Shown: one piece after another, positions 11,830-25,399 of the stretch
How positions within the stretch are numbered: the first letter of the stretch is position 1
How the letters are laid out: every line of letters starts with the position of its first letter
NCBI GenBank assembly: GCA_964016885.1
Contig: OZ024740.1
Coordinates: forward strand, 90,892,001 to 90,956,000
Length of the DNA stretch: 64,000 nucleotides
Direction: 5' to 3'
Origin: Eledone cirrhosa
Taxonomy: Eukaryota
Notes under the pieces: model-generated
What the model was told of the DNA's origin: nothing
Seen by the model: the letters and a program-made list of their open reading frames with translations, nothing else
The model's database searches: none
Program-made: the position numbers and the translations under genes

Positions 11830-14136
11830 ATGTCACTTAAAAACATACCTATACCTAACAAAAGGGAATATATTCTCAGTATGATTCAACGCAGTAACGA
11901 CTTCATTCGGCGTGTACGATGGAAAGCTTTCCACTTCGATAAAGGACGCGCCAATCACTCGTCTGAATCATATGGTTTTAAATCATGTAAAAACCCACCT
12001 ACAAACCCTCACCTCGAAGCTTTCGAACAGGACTTATTGAAAACTACCATGAACATTAAGTTCAACAGACATAGAAATAATGAGCTGCAGAACAACATGA
12101 AAGCACTACTCCGAAGATTGCAAAATACCAATGGAATTGTTGTGAAAGCTGACAAGACTTCTAACGTGTATACCATGGATATCGATACGTATAATAACTT
12201 CATACGCAACGAACTACACAAAAAATATAGAAAAACAAATGAAACTACGCTAGCAAATATTAACAACGAGGCATACAAAGTGGTAAAGAATCTCAAGATA
12301 GACGATAGAACCGAGCCGATTATACCCGCCACCCCCACCTTCAACCTGAAGGACCATAAGGTAAATTTTGTCTCTAACCCTAAGATTAGACTTATATGCC
12401 CTTCTAAATCAGACATAGGGAAAATTAGTAAACATATACTTGACAGAGTAATAACTCAAGTGAAAAAGAAAATTGAAATTAAATTATGGGGCAACACTAG
12501 CGAAGCAATTCGCTGGTTTAATAATGTTAAGAATAAGAATAAATCTAAGTTTATACAATTTGACATAGACGAATACTACTCTTCCATCTCACCAAGCACT
12601 TTACGTAAGGCCCTATCGTTTGCTAAGGCCAATTCCGACCTAACGGAGGACGAAATTAATATTATTCTCGAGGCTAGAAAAACCATTATTAAGTTCGATA
12701 ACTGCTACTGGGAACGTAAGGACAGACCCACAAATTTCGATATTACCATGGGTTCCAACGACTCGGCGGAGGTCACGGATCTCGTGGGAATTTACATAGC
12801 CCACATATTACATAGTAGATTTAGTAATCTACAGGGGGGGATATATAGAGATGACGGGCTCTTATTAGTTAATAACTTGAATAACCAAAATCTTGAAAGG
12901 CTACGGAAAAATATTAGAAAATCTTTTAGTGAACTGGGCCTAAAAATAACATACGAATACAATCTTAAGGTAGTAAACTTTCTGGACGTAACTCTTAATT
13001 TAAATACCGGACAGATACGACCCTTCCACAAGGTAAATGAGAACCTTACGTATATTGACTTTAACTCTAACCACCCACTCTCCATGATCAAATCAGTTCC
13101 CCGGAGTATTTCTCTTAGAATCTCTCGCCTATCGTCTAACTCTGATATTTTTAGCGAACATGCTGAATACTACAATAATGCATTAAGGAATGCTGACCAC
13201 CGGGATACAATAGAATACATCGATAGTAATTTCCACAACACACATAGCTCTACACGTAATCAAGGTATACGTAACCGGGGGACTAAAACACAAGCACACA
13301 CACACTATACTACCAGACATACTAATAATAGAAGTTCACCACCAAATAAATCACGTTGTAGAAAGTATATCTGGTATAATCCTATTTTTAATGCCTCGAT
13401 TAGTACAAAACTATCTCTTTCATTCTTTAAATTAATCAATAAACACTTCCCTAGTTCCCATAAGTACAGCAAAATTCTGAACTCCAAAACTATTAGACTA
13501 TCATACTCCACGGCACCAAACCTTGAAGCATACATAAACAAACTTAACTTAAGGCAATTAAACAACTCTACAAAACAAAACATTTTAGTAACAGATGGGC
13601 AGAACGCAATATCTGCCTCCCAACCACTAAATGGGAGACGGGTATTGCACAACCCACCTGTACCGCTATCACAACCTATCCATGGTATACCCGCTACCCA
13701 CAACAAAGCATGTAACTGCCATCTACCTGAAAGATGTCCATTGCAGAATGAATGCCTAAAGTCCAACATTGTTTACCAATGCACGGTTGAATCGGACGAC
13801 CAGAAATGGTATTATATCGGATCTACCACCACATCGTTTAAATCTCGCTGGTACCGTCATCGATTCTCAATCAAACATCAGAATCACCGTTTTATGACCA
13901 CGCTCGCCAACAAGACCTGGCAACTCCGTGAACACAACCAACAGTTCACCTTAAAATGGGATATACTTTCCAGCGCAAATGCATATCGGAGTGGTTTGAA
14001 GTACTGCAGGTTTTGTAACCTTGAGCTATTTTACATACTAAAATCCAAAAACAAACTACTTAACGATAGAATTGAACGATCATTATACTGCAACCACAAA
14101 CTAAAAGCTAAATTCTCTCACTATAAAATAACTTAA
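11830..14136 (+). CDS. Intact PLE polyprotein: reverse transcriptase plus C-terminal GIY-YIG endonuclease (Naiad-like), 768 aa
   Basis: SLKNIPIP..FIRRVRWKA N-terminus, KADK, KDHK, FDIDEYYSSI, ITMGS, IYRDDG (12841), FLDVTL, SNHP, CNC..CPL..CL..IVYQC..YIGST..FKSRW..H, CRFC..E, CNH. Confidence 0.96.
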   Translation: MSLKNIPIPNKREYILSMIQRSNDFIRRVRWKAFHFDKGRANHSSESYGFKSCKNPPTNPHLEAFEQDLLKTTMNIKFNRHRNNELQNNMKALLRRLQNTNGIVVKADKTSNVYTMDIDTYNNFIRNELHKKYRKTNETTLANINNEAYKVVKNLKIDDRTEPIIPATPTFNLKDHKVNFVSNPKIRLICPSKSDIGKISKHILDRVITQVKKKIEIKLWGNTSEAIRWFNNVKNKNKSKFIQFDIDEYYSSISPSTLRKALSFAKANSDLTEDEINIILEARKTIIKFDNCYWERKDRPTNFDITMGSNDSAEVTDLVGIYIAHILHSRFSNLQGGIYRDDGLLLVNNLNNQNLERLRKNIRKSFSELGLKITYEYNLKVVNFLDVTLNLNTGQIRPFHKVNENLTYIDFNSNHPLSMIKSVPRSISLRISRLSSNSDIFSEHAEYYNNALRNADHRDTIEYIDSNFHNTHSSTRNQGIRNRGTKTQAHTHYTTRHTNNRSSPPNKSRCRKYIWYNPIFNASISTKLSLSFFKLINKHFPSSHKYSKILNSKTIRLSYSTAPNLEAYINKLNLRQLNNSTKQNILVTDGQNAISASQPLNGRRVLHNPPVPLSQPIHGIPATHNKACNCHLPERCPLQNECLKSNIVYQCTVESDDQKWYYIGSTTTSFKSRWYRHRFSIKHQNHRFMTTLANKTWQLREHNQQFTLKWDILSSANAYRSGLKYCRFCNLELFYILKSKNKLLNDRIERSLYCNHKLKAKFSHYKIT

Positions 14137-14625
14137 CATTCGAACCCGTAACTACAACACCACTTTCTAGCTAACAACCTTCTCTTCTCCCCCACACTAC
14201 AAGACAATACACTGCTTATCACTATACATGGTAACTCAGTACAATTCCTAGATTACTACTACAAAACCAAAAGTTCACTCACCACATATACTTTATCTGT
14301 CCCCTCTCTACCTATATATCTCTCTCTACATCCATTACACTCTCTCTCTCTCACCTTTGACCTACCTCCCTCTCAACATCTATGAACTTGACCTCTGGGG
14401 CAATAAATAATTCCGACCTCAACTATCTACGCATCTCTCCAAAAGTAACTAATAAAACCCCTACCATAACATTTTGATTAAGATATCTAGAAGCCACTCT
14501 CTCCTACTTCTCCAACCCCTGCATATCTTTCCTTCTCTCTCCATCTTCCCTACTTTTCTCTCTTCCTGTTCCACTCTATCTTCCCCAACAACCCCACTTA
14601 AGGGTTTTTACATTGTATATTTACC

Positions 14626-14749
14626 ATTCTGCTCTGAGGAAACAGTGGTCACAGCATTGGATATTCGAGTTCTGCAAATACTTGTGAATTTGCACGTAGC
14701 GGAACTAGGCTGCAGTACCACCGTGGAAACACTTGTAAGCACACGGAAT
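14626..14749 (+). ncRNA. Type-I hammerhead with extended stem II (Naiad family 1)
   Basis: Same as 10410-10534; CTGAGGA 14634, GAAA 14726, predicted cleavage after GUA 14737. Confidence 0.85.
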
Positions 14750-14933
14750 AAACTACCTTTTTATGATGTCTACCTGTTATTATTCATTCTTTATATACAC
14801 TCCGGAATACTGAAGGATCAGGAACTAAGTTTCTTGAACAATTTTTCCATAACTCGTAGAGTAACCTCTTACCGTACGTCAACCATATCCAGTGTAGTAA
14901 TTAACCATCACTGCATCTTGGATAATCCTATAC

Positions 14934-14986
<53 letters not shown>

Positions 14987-14990
<4 letters not shown>

Positions 14991-15076
14991 GCTTCTCTGA
15001 TGATCGTTGCTTTTCCATTAATATCCACGTGATATCTAATGTTTTGCATCGTGAAACTGTACAGTTAGGGCCATTT
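14987..15076 (+). ncRNA. Type-I hammerhead, extended stem II (second copy 15511-15600)
   Basis: AAATGCTTCT-CTGATGA-T-CGTTGC..CATTA ATATC cacgt GATAT c TAATG..GCATCG-T-GAA-ACTGTACAGT-T-AGGGCCATTT. Confidence 0.88.
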
Positions 15077-15709
15077 GAATAGGTAAATATTTATATTATA
15101 TTTTTTAATTTTGATTAATTTTAATTGTATATTAATTTTGATTTATTTTGAAAAATTGGTTGAATTTTACTTGTTCTGCTTATCTTGATATTAAGTTCTG
15201 GTATATCAATTTATTACCATAGAACCACCTTAAATCATAGACACACTATATATTTCTGGAGGTACATTGTACCCTCAGATATATATTAACCTTATTCAAC
15301 ATTCTCCAGTATGTAGAGAAATATCCTGTCGTTCTATTTAGTTGCTAAAAATCTTTTTTGGTAGCGATCATAGACGGCTAGTCTACGATTTCCCGCCTTC
15401 ACTATACACCAATGTATTTACGGGTCACTTTCACGACCTTTCAGACCTGTATTAGTTGGAGTGAGGTCATATATTTTGTCGTTCCTGGGGTTTTTAACCC
15501 TAGGACAGGAAAATGCTTCTCTGATGATCGTTGCTTTTCCATTAATATCCACGTGATATCTAATGTTTTGCATCGTGAAACTGTACAGTTAGGGCCATTT
15601 GAATAGGTAAATATTTATATTATATTTTTTAATTTTGATTAATTTTAATTGTATATTAATTTTGATTTATTTTGAAAAATTGGTTGAATTTTACTTGTTC
15701 TGCTTATCT

Positions 15710-15713
<4 letters not shown>
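14987..15713 (+). mobile_element. Non-autonomous HHR element: ~205-bp direct repeats 524 bp apart
   Basis: 14987-15191 matches 15511-15713, each starting with an HHR; (TA)n on both sides; no coding capacity. Confidence 0.85.
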
Positions 15714-15779
<66 letters not shown>

Positions 15780-16024
15780 ATATATGCATATATATATGTG
15801 TGTGTAAGTGTTTATGTATGTGGTTGTCAGTATGTAAATATATCTTATTCTTTCCATTCTACAAAAACACTCTGGCCACCTGTAGCTTGTATGTTAACTT
15901 GACCACTCACCTCAGTCTGTGCCATGATTCGGTCTTGTTTATCTTCTAATACCAGCCCACCTATCTGTTGAATTACTATTCGGGGGGTTTTTATTTATTT
16001 TTATTTATTTATTCATTTATCTAT

Positions 16025-16055
<31 letters not shown>

Positions 16056-16274
16056 CTTATTTATTTACTTTTTCTTTTTCTTTTTCTTTTTCTTTTCTTT
16101 TTATTTTACAAAAGCACTCTGGCTAATTAACCCCCCCCCCCAAAAAAAAACGGCCTGTGTCATGTTGTCCTGTGTATCTAAATACCATCCTACCTCCAAC
16201 GCCCCCCCCCCAGCCCCCCCCCCCTCCCTTACCACTACCTAAATGTATAAATACCAGAAATTAATACGACACCC

Positions 16275-16325
16275 AGCTTCCTGAAGATTTCATCTGAATG
16301 AAACAGTACTAGTCCTGTAGAAGCT
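16275..16325 (+). ncRNA. Type-I hammerhead ribozyme at the end of a PLE-derived fragment (~15770-16335)
   Basis: AGCTTC-CTGAAGA-T-TTCA tc TGAA-T-GAA-ACAG tactagtc CTGT-A-GAAGCT. Confidence 0.88.
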
Positions 16326-16362
16326 CCTTCTTTACTTAAATATATATATATATGTGTATATG

Positions 16363-18400
<2,038 letters not shown>

Positions 18401-18402
18401 TT

Positions 18403-18508
<106 letters not shown>

Positions 18509-18639
18509 GATAAATCTACCAAGAGTTTACGGTAGTGTCCAATCCGTATGAAGAACTCAATGTAATCCGGATATCATGGAAAGAAGAGATGCAATGAAAA
18601 ATCACTTTCGGTGAAAGATAAACGGAATACAGAGTCAAG

Positions 18640-18913
18640 ATAAAATATTAAAAAAATAATGAATAAAACAATGAAACAGTTCCTTATATTAAACAAAAAA
18701 AGTTCATTATTTCTGAAGACGGCATATATATGTGTTTGGTATGTATATTTAATTTTGATAGTTTGCATAATTTTGTATAATTTTGTACATAGATCTGTTG
18801 AATATGCATGCCAATTCTAACACACATATATATCCTAGAAACGATCGTTAAATAATGAACTTTTTTTGTTTAATATAAGGAACTGTTTCATTGTTTTATT
18901 CATTATTTTTTTA

Positions 18914-18922
<9 letters not shown>
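18640..18922 (+). ncRNA. Type-I hammerhead with ~118-nt stem II, closed by a ~73-bp perfect inverted repeat
   Basis: CATTATTT-CTGAAGA(18713)...GAA(18838)-ACGATCGT-T-AAATAATG; 18640-18712 pairs with 18850-18922. Confidence 0.85.
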
Positions 18923-18958
<36 letters not shown>

Positions 18959-19380
18959 ATATGTATAAACACATAGTAAAACACACATTCAGACACATAC
19001 CTATCTATGCATTCACACTCGCACATCTGAAGGCGCAGACACACACACGGCCACATACATACATCGCAGTATATGTACTCACACACATTCTCTCCCTCAC
19101 TCCCATTGATCCAGTCACACACACTTGTTGATACATGACGCCACGAGCCTTCTGACTGTTCTTTATCAATTGGGTAAGCATGTCCTATTCAAACGTACAC
19201 ATATATACATACTCATGCGCGCACACACACATACGGCCAACCTTCTACACATTTAAATATATATATATATATATACATACATGCTCATACATACGTATAT
19301 ATACATACAGACATCCATTCACATACATTCATATATACACACCTGCGTATACACACATATATATACACACTTAGGATTTT

Positions 19381-19440
19381 TTTCTTCTGATGAATGAAAG
19401 CAAATATCATTTGCTTTCAAGAAACCACTGGTAAATGAAA
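19381..19440 (+). ncRNA. Type-I hammerhead ribozyme (relative of the 18241 family) ending a PLE-derived fragment ~18960-19470
   Basis: TTTCTT-CTGATGA-A-TGAAAGCAAAT atc ATTTGCTTTCA-A-GAA-ACC act GGT-A-AATGAAA. Confidence 0.88.
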
Positions 19441-19469
19441 TAAGTATCTAATGTTGTTCATTAGTTAAC

Positions 19470-19553
<84 letters not shown>

Positions 19554-19869
19554 TGTATACATACACACACATATATACACAAACGTAAACTCACACATGT
19601 CCACACACGTGTACGAACACATACGTACATAAACATTGCCTAGACACGTACCTACACACACACACACACGCATATATATATATATATACATATATGTATA
19701 TATAAATATATATATATATATATCCCAACGACTTTGTTTAGCCGTTGCTCGCACCAATCTAAGGTATATGGCCTTTAATGCGACGAAATGCCTACGACGG
19801 TTGGAAGGCCACCGATGATGACAAACTTTTTCATATGTAACCCATTTGCAGCGCCGCAGCTCCATTATT

Positions 19870-19950
<81 letters not shown>

Positions 19951-19955
<5 letters not shown>

Positions 19956-20004
19956 AGTATGTATGTATACGTACATACATATATGTATACATACGTACAG
20001 TAGC

Positions 20005-20051
<47 letters not shown>

Positions 20052-20698
20052 CATGCAGGTACACATACATATATGCACGCATCAGTTTAGCAGACGCTTA
20101 TTATAGCGCTTGCTTTGTTCGTTTGTCAACAAACTGAACAGCCTGAATTTATGCCATACGGTGTTAAGGCAACCACGTCACCTTCTGGTTCAACACTGAC
20201 ACAGGAACGATGTACTAGTTTCAAGCTTGTTAGCTATCATCAGCACCGTTTACCCATCTGCCAGATAGTTGAACGTTTGAAAGTTTATAATTTTCTTATG
20301 AAAATTAACGGCTGAGCAGCCTAATTTGCATATTGAGTGAGTTAAATCGGTCAGGCATACCGAAAACGATAAGTTGAAAATAAATGAAAACGAGAAACGA
20401 AATTTCATTTATCACTCTTTGTATGGCACTTACTTAAATGTAAGTATGTATGTATACGTACATACATATATATATACAGACGTACAGTAGCATGTATATA
20501 TATATATATATATATACATACATGCTTGAAACTAGTACATCGTTCCTGTGTCAGTGTTGAACAAAAAGGTGACGTGGTTGCCTTAACACCGTATGGCATA
20601 AATTCAGGCTGTTCAGTTTGTTGACAATCGAACAAAGCAAGCGCTATAATACGCGTCTGCTAAACTGATGCGTGCATATATGTATGTGTACCTGCATG

Positions 20699-20735
<37 letters not shown>

Positions 20736-21645
20736 GCTACTGTACGTCTGTATACATATATGTATGTACGTATACATACATACTTACATTTAAGTAAGTG
20801 CCATACTAAGAGTGAGAAATGAAATTTCGTTTTTTGATTTCATTTTTTTCAACTTATCGTTTTCGGTATGCCTGACCGATTTAACTCACTCAATATGCAA
20901 ATTAGGCTGCTCAGCCGATAATTTTCATAAGAAAAGTATATACTTTCGAACGTTCAACTATCTGGCAGTCTGGTAAACGGTGCTGATGATAGCTAACAAG
21001 CTTGAAACTAGTACATCGTTCCTGTGTCAGTGTTGAACAAAAAGGTGACGTGGTGCCTTAACACCGTATGGCATAAATTCAGGCTGTTCAGTTTGTTGAC
21101 AAACGAACAAAGCAAGCGCTATAATAAGCGTCTGCTAAACTGATGCGTGCATATATGTATGTGTACCTGCATGTATGTATATATATATATATATATACAT
21201 GCTACTGTACGTCTGTATACATATATGTATGTACGTATACATACATACTTACATTTAAGTAAGTGCCATACTAAGAGTGAGAAATGAAATTTCATTTTTC
21301 GTTTTAATTTTTATCAACTTATCGTTTTCGGTATGCCTGACCGATTTAACTCACTCAATATGCAAATTAGGCTGTTCAGCCGTTAATTTTCATAAGAAAA
21401 GTATATACTTTCGAACGTTCAACTATCTGGCAGATGGGTAAACGGTGCTGATGATAGCTAACAAGCTTGAAACTAGTACATCGTTCCTGTGTCAGTGTTG
21501 AACAAAAAGGTGACGTGGTTGCCTTAACACCGTATGGCATAAATTCAGGCTGTTCAGTTTGTTGACAAACGAACAAAGCAAGCGCTATAATAAGCGTCTG
21601 CTAAACTGATGCGTGCATATATGTATGTGTACCTGCATGTATGTA

Positions 21646-21686
<41 letters not shown>

Positions 21687-22125
21687 GCTACTGTACGTCT
21701 GTATACATATATGTATGTACGTATACATACATACTTACATTTAAGTAAGTGCCATACTAAGAGTGAGAAATGAAATTTCGTTTTTCGTTTTCATTTTTTG
21801 CAACTTATCGTTTTCGGTATGCCTGACCGATTTAACTCACTCAATATGCAAATTAGGCTGTTCAGCCGTTAATTTTCATAAGAAAAGTATATACTTTCGA
21901 ACGTTCAACTATCTGGCAGATGGGTAAACGGTGCTGATGATAGCTAACAAGCTTGAAACTAGTACATCGTTCCTGTGTCAGTGTTGAACAAAAAGTTGAC
22001 GTGGTTGCCTTAACACCGTATGGCATAAATTCAGGCTGTTCAGTTTGTTGACAAACGAACAAAGCAAGCGCTATAATAAGCGTCTGCTAAACTGATGCGT
22101 GCATATATGTATGTGTACATGCATG

Positions 22126-22162
<37 letters not shown>

Positions 22163-23080
22163 GCTACTGTACGTCTGTATACATATATGTATGTACGTAT
22201 ACATACATACTTACATTTAAGTAAGTGCCATACTAAGAGTGAGAAATGAAATTTCGTTTTTCGTTTTCATTTTTTTCAACTTATCGTCTTCGGTATGCCT
22301 GACCGATTTAACTCACTCAATATGCAAATTAGGCTGCTCAGCCTGTTAATTTTCATAAGAAAAGTATATACTTTCGAACGTTCAAGTATCTGGCAGATGG
22401 GTAAACGGTGCTGATGATAGCTAACAAGCTTGAAACTAGTACATCGTTCCTGTGTCAGTGTTGAACAAAAAGGTGACGTGGTTGCCTTAACACCGTATGG
22501 CATAAATTCAGGCTGTTCAGTTTGTTGACAAACGAACAGAGCAAGCGCTATAATAAGCGTCTGCTAAACTGATGCGTGCATATATGTATGTGTACCTGCA
22601 TGTATGTATATATGTATATATATATATATATATATATACATGCTACTGTACGTCTGTATACATATATGTATGTACGTATACATACATACTTACATTTAAG
22701 TAAGTGCCATACTAAGAGTGAGAAATGAAATTTCGTTTTTCGTTTTCATTTTTTTCAACTTATCGTTTTCGGTATGCCTGACCGATTTAACTCACTCAAT
22801 ATGCAAATTAGGCTGCTCAGCCGTTAATTTTCATAAGAAAAGTATATACTTTCGAACGTTCAAGTATCTGGCAGATGGGTAAACGGTGCTGATGATAGCT
22901 AACAAGCTTGAAACTAGTACATCGTTCCTGTGTCAGTGTTGAACAAAAAGGTGACGTGGTTGCCTTAACACCGTATGGCATAAATTCAGGCTGTTCAGTT
23001 TGTTGACAAACGAACAAAGCAAGCGCTATAATAAGCGTCTGCTAAACTGATGCGTGCATATATGTATGTGTACCTGCATG

Positions 23081-23123
<43 letters not shown>

Positions 23124-23240
23124 GCTACTGTACGTCTGTATACATATATGTATGTACGTATACATACATACTTACATTTAAGTAAGTGCCATACTAAGAG
23201 TGAGAAATGAAATTTCGTTTTTCGTTTTCATTTTTTTCAA

Positions 23241-23243
<3 letters not shown>
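19951..23243 (+). repeat. Retrozyme-like tandem array: ~5.7 monomers of 465-486 bp on + (20524-23243) preceded by ~1.2 inverted monomers (19951-20524)
   Basis: Near-identical units; predicted GUA cleavage sites at 20537, 21013, 21478, 21964, 22441, 22919; size differences lie mostly in an internal (TA)n. Confidence 0.93.
20976..21020 (+). ncRNA. Minimal type-I hammerhead (further copies 21441-21485, 21927-21971, 22404-22448, 22882-22926 on +; 20206-20250 on -)
   Basis: AACGGTG-CTGATGA-T-AGCT aaca AGCT-T-GAA-ACTAGT-A-CATCGTT: 7-bp stem I, canonical core, palindromic stem III. Confidence 0.92.
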
Positions 23244-23282
<39 letters not shown>

Positions 23283-23482
23283 TATTGAAGTTTCCATTGA
23301 ACATTGAAAATGTCATAGGAGTGAAGAGTGCTCTATGTAAGTACCAGAGCTAAATTTCATGTATAATAAACAATACAGTATAACTACCTCATTGCCAGAG
23401 GTTTCCCGAATAAGACGAATACAAAAAATGGCCGCATTCATTCATCGGACAAGGCAATACAGAACTATATATATATATATAA

Positions 23483-23562
<80 letters not shown>

Positions 23563-25399
23563 ATCCCCCTATTATGCATATATACACATACACATATACA
23601 CACATATATATATACGCACCTACGCATATATACACACGCGCACATACACAGACGCACACGTACACAGACTCATACGTACATATACGCATATATACGGGTA
23701 TGTTTAGAGGATATGTGATAAAATAATACAAAATGAACAATAATAATAATAAAGAAAAATATATATATATAGTCCATATATAAACATTCACACACATTCC
23801 CAAGAGATGCACATAAACACATACATGTATGCACAAATACATATACACACATATAGAGTCCCGTAAATGCATGCACCTGCACCCACACACACATCCACAT
23901 ATATACACCGATACACATCCACTTATATATACGCACACTTACCCGCCCGCACACACACACACCTACTCATATGTGGCAAATACGTACTTACTCACTCATA
24001 CACATATAGACATATATATACATATATCTACGTATACATATATATGCTCATATATAGACACACGTATACACCGCCCCCACACTCACACATACACCCATAT
24101 TCCGCCACATATGTATATATATGCACATGTCTGAACATACAGGCGCGTATAAGTTCGTGCACCCATGCACCCAAGCCTATACACAAACCCCAACACTCAC
24201 CCACTCATATATATATACACATACATACGCATCAAAACACACACACACGCACATATGCCCACACACATGTCCACAAATAAAAAAACTCGCGAACATAAAC
24301 ACAATATGATAATAACATAAAATACGTAAATAAATTTACAATATTTTAGGGTACATTAAATCTGTATGTAACTGTATAAATAGGTAGAGGAAAAGAAGGG
24401 GTAAAATAAAGGAAGGGGTAAAATTAAAAAAAACGCCAAAAAACGGGTGGGGGGGGGGGGGGGGGTATAGTAGAAGGTGCGTGCGTCCATGTGACGTATT
24501 ACACACAGGCATTATGAGATGCAAGCTCGTGTCCGTGTATAGAACAGGTAACAGTAACAAAACAATGATATAACAATATTAACAATCACTGTTCCAAAGT
24601 GGAGCAGGTGTAGAATGTATAGTCACGATTGACGGTGTACACATTCAATGTGACGCCCGCCACGGTCGCCATGGGCATGGAACCGTGTCTGGGGTGTGCT
24701 GTTCTAAACGCTTAGTGCACAGGTCCGGGCGGCATTGGGCCCTGTGTCAGCCAGTCCCGGCCCATGCGGTGCATCTTCCAATGTTGCGTGCCCGGTCCCG
24801 TGCGCCCCCGGTTTACATATGATTGCCTCGCGGGTCAGATGTTGTCATCATGGTATGTCGTCAGGTCCCCTAATACCGCTAGACCAATCATGTCTGTACG
24901 TTCTCATTCTCGTGCCCCTTGGATGTGTCACCCGCGGATTCCATGCTGCAAAAGTGCATCTTCTCTTGTGTCTGCATGTCATGATAATTTCAGACGTCAG
25001 GTTGACGGCGTCATCCTTCAGTCTATCTATCTCCATGGCCTTGTGTGTGCACAGTCGGCACTCTCTACTTGCGGCCGAATATGCACGGGCGTGGTGAACG
25101 ATACTCCATTCCAGGGCGTATGGAGTGCCGTGGTCTTTCAGGTCCCACACGAGATCCGCTAACCTAGTGGAGTGCCTTTTTCTACGGTCCCTGAAGGAAT
25201 TCGTGTGATTATACATCCGCGATTTAAAGGTCGAGGATGCTGCGCCGATATAGGTTCGATGTGCATTCTGGGTTGTAACCACACACTTGTATACTAAGTC
25301 TTTCATTAAGTATTTTCCCTGTAGGGGGCACTGGGTGCCCGCTCTACAGTTGCAAGTTCTGTTCTCATTTCATATGCGTTCTGTTGTCATTTCCTGTGC

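Larger units (their letters stand above)
11476..14938 (+). mobile_element. Full-length Naiad-type PLE family 1 with inverted 5' pLTR fragment (11476-11637, -) and 3' pLTR
   Basis: 11636-11760 recurs at 14815-14938 (partial tandem pLTR); inverted HHR fragment upstream; (TA)n on both sides. Confidence 0.95.

Noticed and set aside
14474-15082. ORF MIKIS... repeated at 6864, 10258 and 14474
   Set aside because: TTG start, low-complexity UTR and HHR sequence, ends vary and run into (TA)n; repeated only because the element is repeated
19723-19872. 150-bp unique block between (TA)n containing CCGATGA
   Set aside because: No downstream GAAA, stem III or stem I; identity unresolved
19951-23243. CRISPR-like array, or a repeated 66-aa gene (MFVCQQ...)
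   Set aside because: Units are wholly repeated with no unique spacers; the ORF starts at TTG, is antisense to the HHR and is broken in some units
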